This document shows positions 39,082-51,900 of a stretch of 64,000 bases of DNA, piece after piece. This DNA comes from Takakia lepidozioides (taxonomy: Eukaryota; Plantae; Bryophyta). The DNA lies in NCBI GenBank assembly GCA_030704615.1, contig CM060731.1, positions 44,206,001-44,270,000 on the forward strand, read 5' to 3'. Position numbers and translations under genes: made by a program. The notes below the pieces were generated by a model that was not told where the DNA came from, ran no database searches, and worked only from the letters and a program-made list of their open reading frames with translations. The first letter of the stretch is position 1; every line of letters begins with the position of its first letter.

Positions 39082-42000
39082 GATGATTTGCAGTGATGAC
39101 TTAAGTGGATTATTTGAGTTTTTTGTTCTGTCTTTCCTTATGGGGCAAGGTGCCATATCAAACTCTAGTAGAAAACCTCTTCAGGGAACACCTCAGAAGT
39201 TTGAAAAAGCCAAAAAAGTCAACAAAGGCACTAGTCTTTCTCACACTCTGTGTGTCTTCCCTGGCCCTTGTTGGGGTCTAATTGCTGGGCAGCTCACACA
39301 CAGCAGATTGATGCTCGTGTGAAGGGATTCTAGGAGAACCTGGAAAGCTGTTTATACAAGGTAAGTCCCACTACTGGAGTGAGCCCCTGACAAAGGTAGC
39401 GTCTGTTCCCTCTTGTTCTACCCAAACTGGGCATAGGGTCTATGACAACATCATCTCATGAGTACATTCTATGTCTTCCTTTTGCATGACTTATCTAGAC
39501 TGTCTTTAAATAACAAAGTTCTTGAGCAGTTATGGGTGCTTGCAGGCTTCAGGAAAGATAATGAGTCTAAGAAATTTGAAACAAAATGGAAAGGTGGGGT
39601 CAGAAAGAGAAAACCTGATGGTGATGCTAAAGAGGGGAAGCAAATTCAATCGCAGATGGTATTCTTCCTGATGTTTACAAGGTTCTTGGGAGATTCAGCT
39701 TGGTCTTAGCATGCCGTGTTTCAATCTCTGCCTGCTCAGCTGCACCATGGTGGTTCTCACAGGCCAATCCGACATTACCTGACTACAGACAAAAGTAGCA
39801 CACACAAGAGGTCCTTTTGGGTTGATGGTCCGTCAAATCCTCCATACCTATTTCAGCCTGTTTTTCCCTCTCATCAGACTCAGCCCTAAGATGCGTCTGA
39901 TAATTGCAAAATATGATCAGCATGGTTGTGGTAGGGTGGCTTGCCAGATGTATGAACACCCAACAACATTACATTCATTTCTATTCTCAATGCTTGTGCA
40001 GCCCTGGAAAAAGGTACATAGGTCCATGTTGACATAGTGGAAGCTGGAATTGCACCAGATATCATTCTGGAGACTATCCTTGTCGATATGTATGCGCTGT
40101 GTTTCAATCCTGCCTGCCTATCTGCACCATTTCACTTTTCCGACCCCAGTCAATGGTGGGACAATGGAGACAAAAAGGTGAATGCCTATTGGATACAGAG
40201 AGAAACTGATGCAATTCAGAATTGGGTTGGTCAGTGTCAGTTGCTAGCAGGTCTCCATGGGCTCGTTGGGTGAATTGGTGGTTAGGAGTGACTTTGACAA
40301 GTTACTGCCGATGTGGCAGCAGGAAAGTATCCAAAAACAGATAACATAGATGAGGAGAAGCTTGTTGACATTTGTTTGCATTTGCAATGTGTGTGCAAGC
40401 CTGGCAGCCCTGGAAAGGTGCAATGAGGTCCATGGTGACATCGTCAAAGCTGATTTGTACCAGATGTCATCCTGAACACAGCCCTGCTGGACATGTATGT
40501 CAAATGTGAGTGCATCGAGAATGCAAAGGGAGTTTTCGACAGTATGGCTGAAAGAAATGTGGTGTCATGGAGGGTGATGATTGCAGGATATGCAAGCAAG
40601 GGGTGGGATGGAGGCTTCGGAGACCTATGAGCAAATGATGGGGGAAGGGGTGAAGCCTGACCGCATAACGTTTGTTTGCATTTGCAATGCGTGTGCAAGC
40701 CTGGCAGTTTTGGAAATGTGCAAAGTGGTCCATGGTGACATCGTCACATTTGGAATTGTACCCAATGTCATTCTGAACACTGCCTTGCTGGACATGTATG
40801 TCAAATGTGAGTGCATCGAGGATGCAAAGGGAGTTTCGACAGTATGGCTGAAGGAGATGTGGTGTCGTGGAGGGCGATGATTGCAGAATATGCACAGCAA
40901 GGGCGCGGGATGGAGGCGTTGGAGACCTATGAGCAATTGATGTGCGAAGGGGTGAAGCCCAACCGCATAATGTTTGTGTGCATTTGCAATGCGTGTGCAA
41001 GCCTGGTAGCTTTGGAAAGGTGCAATGAGGTCCATGCATGTGACATCGTCAAAGCTGGATTTGTACCAGATGTCATCCTGAACACTGCCCTGCTGGACAT
41101 GTATGTCAAATGTGAGTGCATCTAGGATGCAAAGGGAGTGTTCGACAGTATGGCTGAAAGAAATGTGGTGTTGTGGAGGGCGATGATTGCAGGATATGCA
41201 CAGCAAGGGGCGGGATGGAGGCTTTGGAGACCTATGAGCAATTGATGTGCGAAAGGGTGAAGCCCAACCACATCACATTTGTTTGCGTTTGCAATGCTTG
41301 TGCAAGCCTGGCAGCCCTGGAAAGGTGCAATGAGGTCCATGGGACATCGTCAAAGCTGGATTTGTACCAGATGTCATCCTGAACACTGCCCTGCTGGACC
41401 TGTATGTCCAATGTGAGTGCATCGAGGATGCAAAGGGAGTGTTCGACAGGATGACTGAACGAAATGTGGTGTCGTGGAATTCCATGATCGCAGGATATGC
41501 CCAACATGGTTGTCATAGGGAGGTCCTGCAACTATTTGAAGGAATATAAAAGAACGGCTTGAAGCCGGACAATATCACCTTTATATATGGTCTCTCTGGG
41601 TAGATGGTCAACTAAATGCAGCAGTTGCAGCGGCACATTTGATGAAATCAGGCACCTCATCCATCACCACAGCTTCTGAAAGAGGATCAAGAGAGGGAGC
41701 CCACAATGCCACTTCTGGCACTTCTGGGCATGTGAAGATGCTTTGTGAGGCAGACAGACTGAAAGAGGCTCTACAGACTTTAAACCAAGGAGGCATTTCA
41801 GCAGATTCAGAAACGTATGTTTGTCTCTTGCATAAGTGCATCAAGGTGAAAGGCCTAGAAGCTGGAAAGCAGGTGCACACTCACATTATCCAAAAATGGA
41901 TCGTCGGGGGTGTTTGCTGGAAGAATTCTAGGCTGTCATTGTATGTTGCTAGCAGTAAGGCAAGGATGTATGCATGATTTGTGCAGAGGCATGGATAGCT

Positions 42001-45000
42001 GAAGGAGCAGGGATGGAGTGTGGGTTCCCTCTTATCAGAACCGGCCCTAAATTTTCATGTTGAATTCTGCAAGTTAGCTGTTTGAGTGAACCTTTGATAG
42101 TTGGAGTGACTTTGACATGATACTACCGAAGTATCTAGATACAGGTAAGAGAGACGAGGAGAAGCTGTGGAAAGAATACTTTTATGACCCCAGTCAATGG
42201 TGGGACAATCGAGGCAAAAAGGTGGATGCCTGTTGGATTACAATGAGTAGCAGACGCAATGAGCATAGGAACTAGTGTGATAAGCTGAGTTGGGTGTTTC
42301 CTAGAACAAATCTAGGCTGTTATTGTCAGCTGTTAGCAGCAAGGCAAGGATGAATGCATGATTTTGTGCAGAGGCATGGATAGCTGAAGGAGCAGGGGTA
42401 GAGTGTGCATCCAAGAGGGCCAGATTTCAAGCACAAGATTACCTATGATTCCATGTGGATCAATAGCTACAAGAAACCTGCATGGGTAGATGGTCAACTA
42501 AAGGCAACAGCTGCAGCAGCACAGTTGATAAAATCAGGCACTTCAACCATGACCACAGCCTCTGGAAGAGGATCAAGAGAGGGAGTCCACAATGCCTCTT
42601 CTGGCATTTCTGGGCAAAGAGGTGCATGGCGACATCGTCAGAGCTGGAATCGTACCAGATGTGATCCTGAACAATACCCTGGTGGACATGTATGCCAAAT
42701 GTGGGAGCGTCGAGCATGCAAAGGGAGTGTTAGACAATATGGCGGAATGAGATGTGGTGATGCTCACCAAGTGTTCAATAGAATGCCTCAACGATGTTTG
42801 ATCATGTGGAACATAATGTTGGCAGGATTTACCAAGCACGGGTGTGGTAGGAATGCTTTGGAGACCTTTGAGCAAATGATGCATCAAGGGGTGAAGCCCA
42901 GCCACATCACGTTCATTTGTGTTTGCAATGCGTGTGCAAGCCGGGAAGCTCTGGAAAAGGGGAAAGAGGTCCATGGTGACATCATCAAAGCTGGAATTGT
43001 ACCAAGGTTGCAATGCGTGTGCAAACATGGGAGCCCTGGAAAATGGGAAAGAGGTCCGTGGTGACATCGTCAAAGCTGGAATTGCACCAGATTCATCCTG
43101 AACACTTGCCTGATGGACATATGCCAAATGTGGGTGGATCGAGGATGCGAAGGGAGTTTTCAACACTGTGGTTGAAAGAAATGTGGTGTCGTGGAACACT
43201 ATGCTTGCAGGGTATGCACAGCAGGGGCACGGGATGGAGGCTTTGGAGACCTATGAACAAATGATGGGGGAAGTGGTGAAGCCCTCATGGAGTGCAATGA
43301 TTGCAGGATATTAAAGTGGAGAACAGCCTTCTTGACGCCAAATGTGGGAGCGGAAAAGATGCACGTCAGGTTTTAAACAAAATGCCTGAACGAGATGTGG
43401 TCTCATGGAATGCCATGATTACAGGATATGTTGAGCATGGCTATGCTGAAGAGGCTTTCAAGATACAAGCAAATGGAACGGGACGCGATGACACCAAACA
43501 GGGTCACGTTCGTTTCTGTTGTCAATGCATGTGCTAGTCTAGGGGCCCTGGAAAAGGGCACGCGGGTCCATGCTGATATTAACAAAGCTGGGGTTGTGTC
43601 ATATCTTAACTTGGACAATGCCCTTGTTAACATGTATGCCAAATGTGGGAGTGTTCACGATGCACGTCAAGTGTTTGAAAATATGGTTCAGCAAGCATGG
43701 AATGCCATAATTGCAGGATATGCTCAGCATGGGTGTAGTACAGAGGCCTTCCAACTACTTGAACAGATGCAGCAGGAAGGCTTGAAGCGAGATGGTATCA
43801 CCTTCGTTTCTCTTCTCTCTACTTGTAGGCATGTAGGTCTGGTGGATGAAGGCCACCACTTGTTTGGTTCCATGAGTAGAGATCACGGCCTCACTCCTAC
43901 AGTGGAGCATTTTTGTTGCATTGTGGACCTTCTTGGCCGTGTAGGCCGATGAGATGAGGCAGAAGAGTTCATCAACAAAATGCCAATTGAACCAGATGCT
44001 CTAGTTTGGGGGACCTTGCTTGCTGCTGCCAGAATTCATGGGGATGTGGAGGTAGCAGAACATGCAGCAAAATCTCTTCTCAAGTGCGATCCCAACCACC
44101 ATGCAGCTTATGTGCTGCTATCCAACATCTACGCCGCATCTGGCAGGTGACAATATGACACAACATGATGTGGTTTCATGGAGGACCATGATTGCAGCAT
44201 ATGCTCCGCATGAGTATGGCAGGGAGGCTGTTGAGATGTATGAACAAATGCAAATAAAGGGCTAACGCCCAACAGCGTCACATTCACATGTGTTCTCAAT
44301 GCATGGCCAGCCTTGGAGCCTTGGAGAAGGGCAAAGAGGTCCATGCTGACATCATTAAATCTGGAATTGCATGCTACATAAGGAGACTACGCTTGTGGAC
44401 ACGTATGCAAAATGTGGGAGCATAAAGGATGCGCGTCAAGCTTTTGACAATTGGCTAAACGAGAGATAGTATCATGGAACACCATGATCGCAGGGTGTGC
44501 TCAACATGGATGTGGCAAGGAGGCTTTTGAGATATACGAGAGATTGCAGCAAGACAGGATGGAGGCTTTGGAGACCTATGAGCAAATGATGGGGAAGTGG
44601 TGAAGCCCGACCACATCACGTTTGTGTGCGTTTGCAGTGCATATGCAAGCCTGACAGCCCTGGAAAAGGGCATGGTTGCATCGCCAAAGCTGGAATTGTA
44701 CCAGATGTGGGCCCATTGGTTTTGGGCTGATCAGCATGACCCCTAGGACGCCTCTCCGTCTCATCAAGAATCTTCGAGTGTGTGGTGATTGCCACACCTC
44801 CACCAAATTCATCTCAAAGATTGTTGGCCGAGCAATTGGGACGCTAACCGCTTTCACCACTTTGAAGATGGGATTTGTTCTTGTGGTGATTACTGGTGAA
44901 AGGATGTCTTCTTGCCAACATGCGAGTGTCTTGCTTCATTCATTGATCTGTGACTTAGCTACACCATCCACCGTTTCCCGAAAGTATTGACCATGATGTA

Positions 45001-45614
45001 CTGTTGAGTGCATTTCGTGTGCCATAAATCCACAGGAAATGATAGTAGGGTCTACCCGGCACAGGTGGGAAGTTAGCCCATAATTGCACTTGACTGAAGG
45101 GGTGATTTTTGACTGATTCTGGTGACAGTGGATGGAAATTAGAGTGTTGTCCCAATTCTGGGTTTGGGTGGTGGAGCTTCTCCAAAGCTTCAAGATGGAA
45201 GTGAATACGAATTTTAATGAGCTTGATGAGAAGGGCAGCCTTGTGCACAAGTTTGTTCAGCATCTTAAATTTGGACGTGTTTGTTTCTCGTGGTGTGGCT
45301 TTGGATGGAGCCCTTGATGAACTTGCATGAATATTGTCAAAAGCTAACCTTTACCACCAAGATCCAATCCCATGGTGGATGCTTGAAAGTTCATACAGTG
45401 AATGTAAGGGTATTTGGGTATGTTGTTATTGATTGATGCGGCTTGTGAAAATTGAACATTGAAATCCAGATCTGCCATTTTTCTTCCAGAAAAAAATAAA
45501 ACACGGGATCTCTGCATGTACCACCGAGGGGATGACCCAACCTTTTTTTTGTGAAAAATTGAACATAGTTCTTAGAATTCGTCGCTAGTAGTGCGGAGCA
45601 ACGCGAAGCCGTAG
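38462..45614 (+). mobile_element. Helitron/Helentron-like non-autonomous unit 2 with PDF-PPR-DYW cargo
   Basis: 5' TTCTAGCGACTACCGAAGGTCAGAAGCTAG; 3' TCGTCGCTAGTAGTGCGGAGCAACGCGAAGCCGTAG. It shares the 5' block and a ~700-bp 3' tail with unit 1. Confidence 0.75.
39890..44899 (+). pseudogene. Fragmented OSB-type PDF motif plus PLS-PPR-E-DYW sequence (unit 2 cargo)
   Basis: LWKEYFYDPSQWWDNRGKK|..PRGPDFKHKITYDSMWINSYKKPAWVDGQL, PLS triplets, E domain, [10 protein letters not shown]...[15 protein letters not shown]. Confidence 0.9.
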
Positions 45615-46927
45615 TATATATATATATTTAGACCATTTTTGTGATACATAGATGTATCCGTAGATGTGTTGGTTAGTGTGTAGTGTCTTGGAAATGTTAT
45701 AGCGTGGAGGTCCTAGGTTCAAGTATGCATTGCCTAATATATGTAGAACAGAACCGGAGTCAATGGTCAACTAATTTCTGAAATTCAAATCTTACATTCA
45801 AATTCAAATTTTCCTACTTAGATTCAAATGTACACCCTTAAATTGCGACGTCTGGGTTTTTTTTTGTTTATTTTGGGCGCCGGACGTCGCGAGTCGCGCC
45901 ACCGTCACCTTGCGACCCCCCAACGTCGCTATTTAGCGACGTTTCTGGTGCGACGGCCCATTGACGGGCGTGCGACGCCAAATTTAGGCCGCTACCCTGT
46001 CCCAAAAGGGGGCATTTGCCACGGCGTTGCTAAGTCCCCCTTTTCTATAGCGACCATAGGTCCAAAAATTATGAATCCACCTTGATGCGTGACCCCTATT
46101 CATCAACAAGGGATCAAGAAGTCGAACAAAGGCCTTGTGGTTTGGGAGATCTCAATCTACAGACAAAACAAACAAACAAACTATCAAATTTACTAATATA
46201 TTAATGTCACATCGTTGCATTCCGAAGTTATTGAATGGTCAATTCCATTTGTATCTTAAAGATAGGTTTATTGATGAGTCGTAACATTAATGAATGCTTA
46301 AGGATAACGTTTCTTCTGTGATTGCAAAGGATTAAAGCTTGTTTCGGTAAGAGTTTTCCTTCCTTCTTCTTTGTGTAGAGTAGGGTGAACTACGGTCTTT
46401 ATAGTAAATATCACTTGATGCTCGTAAGAAAACAAACGAAAGCACAATCTATGGCGTCTTTTCATGCTTTAGGAAGTGTTATAGTAACTTTAGTTGGGCA
46501 GCGGACATTTTCTTAGACATTTCCAACTAATAATTGTTGTTTTTCTTAGAGGTTTTTTCAGCTAACTGCACCTCTACGTTTATTGATGTTCAAAACACTT
46601 TTTGTGGTGAAGAGTTTCCTCATATTTATAGACTTGATAAGCCCCAGATACACAGAGTGATGCATAGACATGCTAGAAAAACTATTTAAAAAGTAAAAAA
46701 ACCATAGACATTAACATGAGTACATCCTAATATCTCTCTTCCCCCACATATCTTGAAATTCCCATGTGACTTTTCAGGTGTGAAACACTCTGTGCCAGAA
46801 TAATTGGACTCTAGCTTACTTTTTATCATTGGCTTGAATGTGCGAGAATAAATATTATAAACTTCTCATGATCCAAACTTGGATCAAAAGGTCAAAAAAA
46901 GTTGAAGAGATTGATGTTTAAATATCA

Positions 46928-48078
46928 ATGACAACAAGTAGCCGAAATAAAAGCCATTTAGTAACTATCCCACATGGTGCTCAAAGCATTGAACCTATGG
47001 ATCCAAAGGTGTGGAGTAAAATACCTAATAACTTGTTGGAAAGATTGTTAGCTTGGATACCGGTTGACGATTTTTTCCGCTATTGTGCTGTATATAGACG
47101 TTGGAACTCACTCATGGTATTGCAAAGCTTTCTTAACATTCTTTCAAGTGTTCCTTGTTCATGGCAACCTTGGTTTATGCTCTTCAATAATACAGATGGC
47201 GTGACCTTCGATTTTTCATCAAAGAAATGGTTTCATATACCCCTTCCAGTAGCCGAGGAGGTCTTACGTTTTCCTATTGCATCAGCAGGGGGACTTATTT
47301 GCTATTACACAAGTAGATACAACTCATATGCGGTGGGTAATCCTTTTGACCAAATCTTGGCATGAATTGCCCCCATTGATTGAAATAAAAAAATTTGAGG
47401 CCGCAGCTATGATTGTAAGCACTACTCGAAAAACTTACAAAGTGATTGTAATGGGAACTAGAGAAGCAACTTTGAACACCTTGGAGAATGTTACAGAGGT
47501 CTATGACTCATTGAAAAATGCATGGCGCTATTGTGGGAAAATCCATGCCTTCGCTTCCCAATGTCAATTGTTGCGGATCTGTCTATTCATGGTGTGATCC
47601 TGACGCATTGGTGAGGTTCGACATAAAAAAAAGGATTTGAAAACATATTCAAACCATAATGCCCCATGACCTAGAAAAACAGACAATTGTGAATCAACAA
47701 TTAATACAATGTGGAGAGAAACTTTTCATGGTGGGGCAAGTGGAGGAAGAGTTCCAAAGCAAAGGCATTCGTATATGGATGCTTATGGTGCGCAAACACA
47801 TGAAGTGGGTAGAATATGATCGAATGCCACCTGAATTATTCATTGAGTTTCTCGGGAACGGAATGGACATTATTTGTATTGGGTCCGATGATCTGTGTTT
47901 ATTAGCTACTCCGGGGGGGAAGTTGATTTTGACATATGATATTGTAAAGAGAAGGTGGGGACAAGTCCCTGAAATCTGTGCACCTTGCTTCCGCAACGAG
48001 GGGTTTATTGATGGAATCTCATTTTTGCCGAGGATTGGTATGCAAGCTAACAAAGAATCCAATGTCATCATAGATTAG
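46928..48078 (+). pseudogene. Intronless F-box/kelch-repeat gene (At5g15710/UFO-like), frameshifted
   Basis: MDPKVWSKIPNNLLERLLAWIP..FFR..AV.RRWNSL F-box, ASAGGLIC, NP, YKVIV, TEVYDS..W, W.E..RMP. The sequence is split over several ORFs by frameshifts. Confidence 0.8.
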
Positions 48079-48934
48079 TCTCTAACACCACTGTGATAAA
48101 AAAAGTATTGGAAGAGGTAGATCGTGGGCCATGGCTGATTGGTTGGCCTCACAAAAAAGCTGTAATAACCATATATTGAGATTTGAGATAAAACAAATGA
48201 AACATACCATATGCTACAAAATATAAATGTTATTACTGAAGATAAAGCTTAAATGACGATTTTACAAATACCTATTTGTTGTATTGCATCGACTTAAACA
48301 TGTTGACGATCATTTTGAGAAAATCACACCATTAACATGAGTTGGAGATATAACTCAATTCTTATCACTCTACAAACATCAAAAATTTTATTATTTTTTG
48401 AAAAGAAACCTGGGAGCGACTGCTCACAATTCAGGCCCTTGAGGATGGAGGAAAATTTAACCCCCTTTCAGATAAGCCATTAGGCACCCAGGAAGGAAAC
48501 ATCACCACCAGACCACCCGGTCACGAACAATCCACGCACTGCGCAAAGCAATGTGTTTTCAATTTTCAGAAAACAATCTTCAAAGTAATTCAGAACAACA
48601 ATAAAATAATATGATTAGCATACACTACACTACATATAATATGACCTATGAATAATAATGGATCAATAGTATATTTCAAAGTTGTAAAGGATAAAATGTA
48701 GATGTTCTATCAACTTTTATTTCACAAATATTCCACTTGTTCATCAACATTGTAGCAAATGATTTCAAAGTATAATATTACTATTTAAATAGACTATATA
48801 TATTATTGATCTAGTTTTTATGTAAATATATATATATATATATATAACTATATTGATTGTTTAATTTTGTGTTAAAATTCTATTTTTTAATTGTTTTTAA
48901 AATTTGTAGTTTTGATTAGCAAGAACACAAGGAT

Positions 48935-51900
48935 TGTGGAGAACAGATCAACGATGTATTTCACTAACAATCAACACTAACAACCAACAAATAAATACAT
49001 TAAAGAAAAATTAACTACTAATTATTCTTGGAAGCCTCCAGTGTATATAAAACAAGAGCTTCATAACCAGTGTTGGACAGGTATTAAATTCTAGGCATAT
49101 TAAAGAGTCTATATAAAACATCTTTGCTTAAAGTAGTATGGAGGTTGTTATAAACAATGGAGTATAGGCTTTTAAAATGCGCAAAAAACGTGGGAAGCTG
49201 GAAAAGGAAAAGGTGTCAAGGACGAGAACATGACTGAACACAAACAAAAGATCAGATTAGAGGTACAAGACTAGACAAGAAATTAAGGTCGGCGTGGCCG
49301 AATGCATGATGAGTAAACATGAATCAAGATGATCTTTATAACAATGGACAAGAGTACAAGATATTGAAACTCGACTTGAATACTGGAATGCTGGAAACTG
49401 GACTGGAGTACCAGATACTGGAAACTGGACTAAAGTACTGGGAACTGGGCTGGAGTATTGGAACTGGAAACAAAAGTAGCTTGAACTGGTGTTGGCGAGA
49501 TTGAAGAGTGTCCAGTTTTGCCTCCTATAGGTTCCCTAAGAGGCTTCCCCAAGTGAGGTTTCTTGATGGAGAAGTTTCTTCCAAATGAAACTTCCTGAGC
49601 AGTTTCCCAAGTTACTCTCGGTAATTTGATAAACTCCCGGTAACTTGGTAACTCATGGTAACTCATGTAACTCATGGTAGATCACGGTAAATCATGGTAA
49701 CTTCCGGTAACATGATAACTCTTGGTATTTACTCCTGGTAAGTTCATTTGGGCTATGTCCGTGACATCACCCCCTCCTCTAGCGCCGAGTTTCTCGAGGA
49801 GCGGTAAAATCTTGGACTTGCTTAGAGTTGGAGAAAATCCGAAATCCGGCGAATGGTACTTGCCAAGTATTCGGCTCTTCGTTCTTGACTCAAATGATTT
49901 ATAGGTCCCTGCAACCATCGATAATGTCCAACACCTTAAATTTGGGACCACGCAGTAATTTGAGCATTCTGATTTTCGAATTCAAATATGATTTCGTTTC
50001 CGAAGCCTTAACCTCCAACAGGATTATCAGACTTCGAGTAGGCTTCACTTGCCGTCGTACGAGGTCCATACGAGGAAGTACGCATCGCATTGGTGACCCA
50101 TCGTCTCGAGAGCGTCGGCGTGATGTTGAAGGTCGTGAGAGTCGGAACGGCTGATCTGGTAGTTGGCTTGTCTAGCAGGTTGGCTAGGGTCTCGGGGATG
50201 TCCCCCCCCTCAATAAGCCTTACGGCCTTTCATGATGGTTATTTTTTCCACCGTCTTGTGACTCGTTTTTAATTAATTTGATTAGCAAAGCCTCCGTCCC
50301 CTTTCTTTTAAAAAATAATTTTTTTGGCTAAGCGACAGTTCCAATGTATTTGGTTCATGTGACTCCATGCTGCCAATACAAGATGCAAGAGTGCTGGAAG
50401 TGTAGCTATATATACTGATGCGTGGTGCTCATCCCTCCTTAGCGTGTATCAAGTACACTGAATGTTGAGTCTTCACTTTGAAGCTCACTTGGCTGACATC
50501 ATCGTTCTCACGTCTTATTGACGTGTAGCTCGGGGTTTAGCTGGATATCGTTGATGAAACTCTTGGACTTTGTCAGATGCATTGGCGAGGTTGGATGAAG
50601 GTTCCCACGTTCATTCGCTGATATCGTAGTCTTTCCAATGTACGAAATACTCAAGACGTTTATATTTGACGCGAGAGTCTAGGACTTCGTCGACTTCATA
50701 CTCGATTTCCTGATTGACTTCGATTGGTAGAGGTGGTACGGAAACTCTTCCTGGAATATTCAATAGATGATACCACTTCAATAATGAAACATGAAAGATT
50801 GGATGGATGCGCATACTTCGTGGGAGTTCAAGCCAAAAACTGACCAGATTTATTTGTCGAATAATTTTGAATGGTCCCAGGCGTTGATAATCCAACTTCC
50901 TTGATGATCGCGAGGTTTGTATGTCCTGTCAAAGGAGCCACACACACGATCTCCGACCTTGAACTGGGGTTGGAGTTGGCGATGTTGATCTGCATACTCC
51001 TTATATTGTTTTTTAGCTTCTGCGAGGTGGGATGTAAGCTCATTGTGAATCATAGCAAGATGAGTAGCAAGGTTTTCTGCAACAGGGCTTCCAAAAGTTT
51101 TCATGTGGAAAAGGTTTGCTCGAGGATGATGACCATAATTGGAGAAAAATGTAGTTTGTTTGGTCGAAGAATGTATAGTGTTGTTGTAGGCAAACTCAGC
51201 TAATGGCAGAAGGTCCGTCCAATTATCTTGGTGATAATTTATCGTACAAAGAAGATATTGCTCCAAAATCTAATTTACGCGTTCGGTTTGACCATCAGTC
51301 TGTGGATGATTAGTTGTAAAGAGGTTGATCTTAGTATCCAATATGTGAAATAATCCCCTCCAAAAATTTGATATGAATTGTGGTCCTCGATCAGATACGA
51401 TGTCATTCTGGAGTCCATGAATGCGGTAGATATTATTGAGGAAGAGTCTTGTAGTTTCCTCGCCTGTAACCGTCTTATTACATGGAATGAAATGTTTCAT
51501 CTTCGTAAGACAATCCACAATAACAAGGATTGAGTCGGTGGTCTTGGAAATTGGAAGGTCCGTAATAAAGTCCATAGATAAGGACGACCATGGACCCTTG
51601 GGAATGGGTAATGGTTGAAGAAGGCCGTAAAGTCGATGTCGTGGTCCATTCGCCCTAACACACGTGTCACAAGATTTTACAAATTCTTTCACGAGTTTCC
51701 ACATCTGCGGCCACCAATAGTCCCTGGATATCAATTCCATTGTTTTGTTGAAGCTGAAATGTCATGCAGCCGGAAGATCATGACATGTTTGATGAATTCG
51801 AAGTCGTTTGTAACATGTGGATTGTCTCAAGGTTGATTTAGTTGACTTCATAGAATCGTGACAAATTGGTCGCTCTTCAGTGCTTTCTGAATCTCCTTTA

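Larger units (their letters stand above)
33156..46052. mobile_element. Second CACTA-family copy, split by the 11.8-kb Helitron-like insertion
   Basis: CACTTCTGCAAAAGGGGGATTT...AAGTCCCCCTTTTCTATAGCG, flanks ATC/ACC. 33650-33790 and 45615-45715 match contiguous 31010-31245. Confidence 0.75.

Noticed and set aside
35900-44700. Stops in PPR ORFs rescued by U-to-C editing
   Set aside because: This is a nuclear locus with many frameshifts and deletions; ordinary decay explains it.
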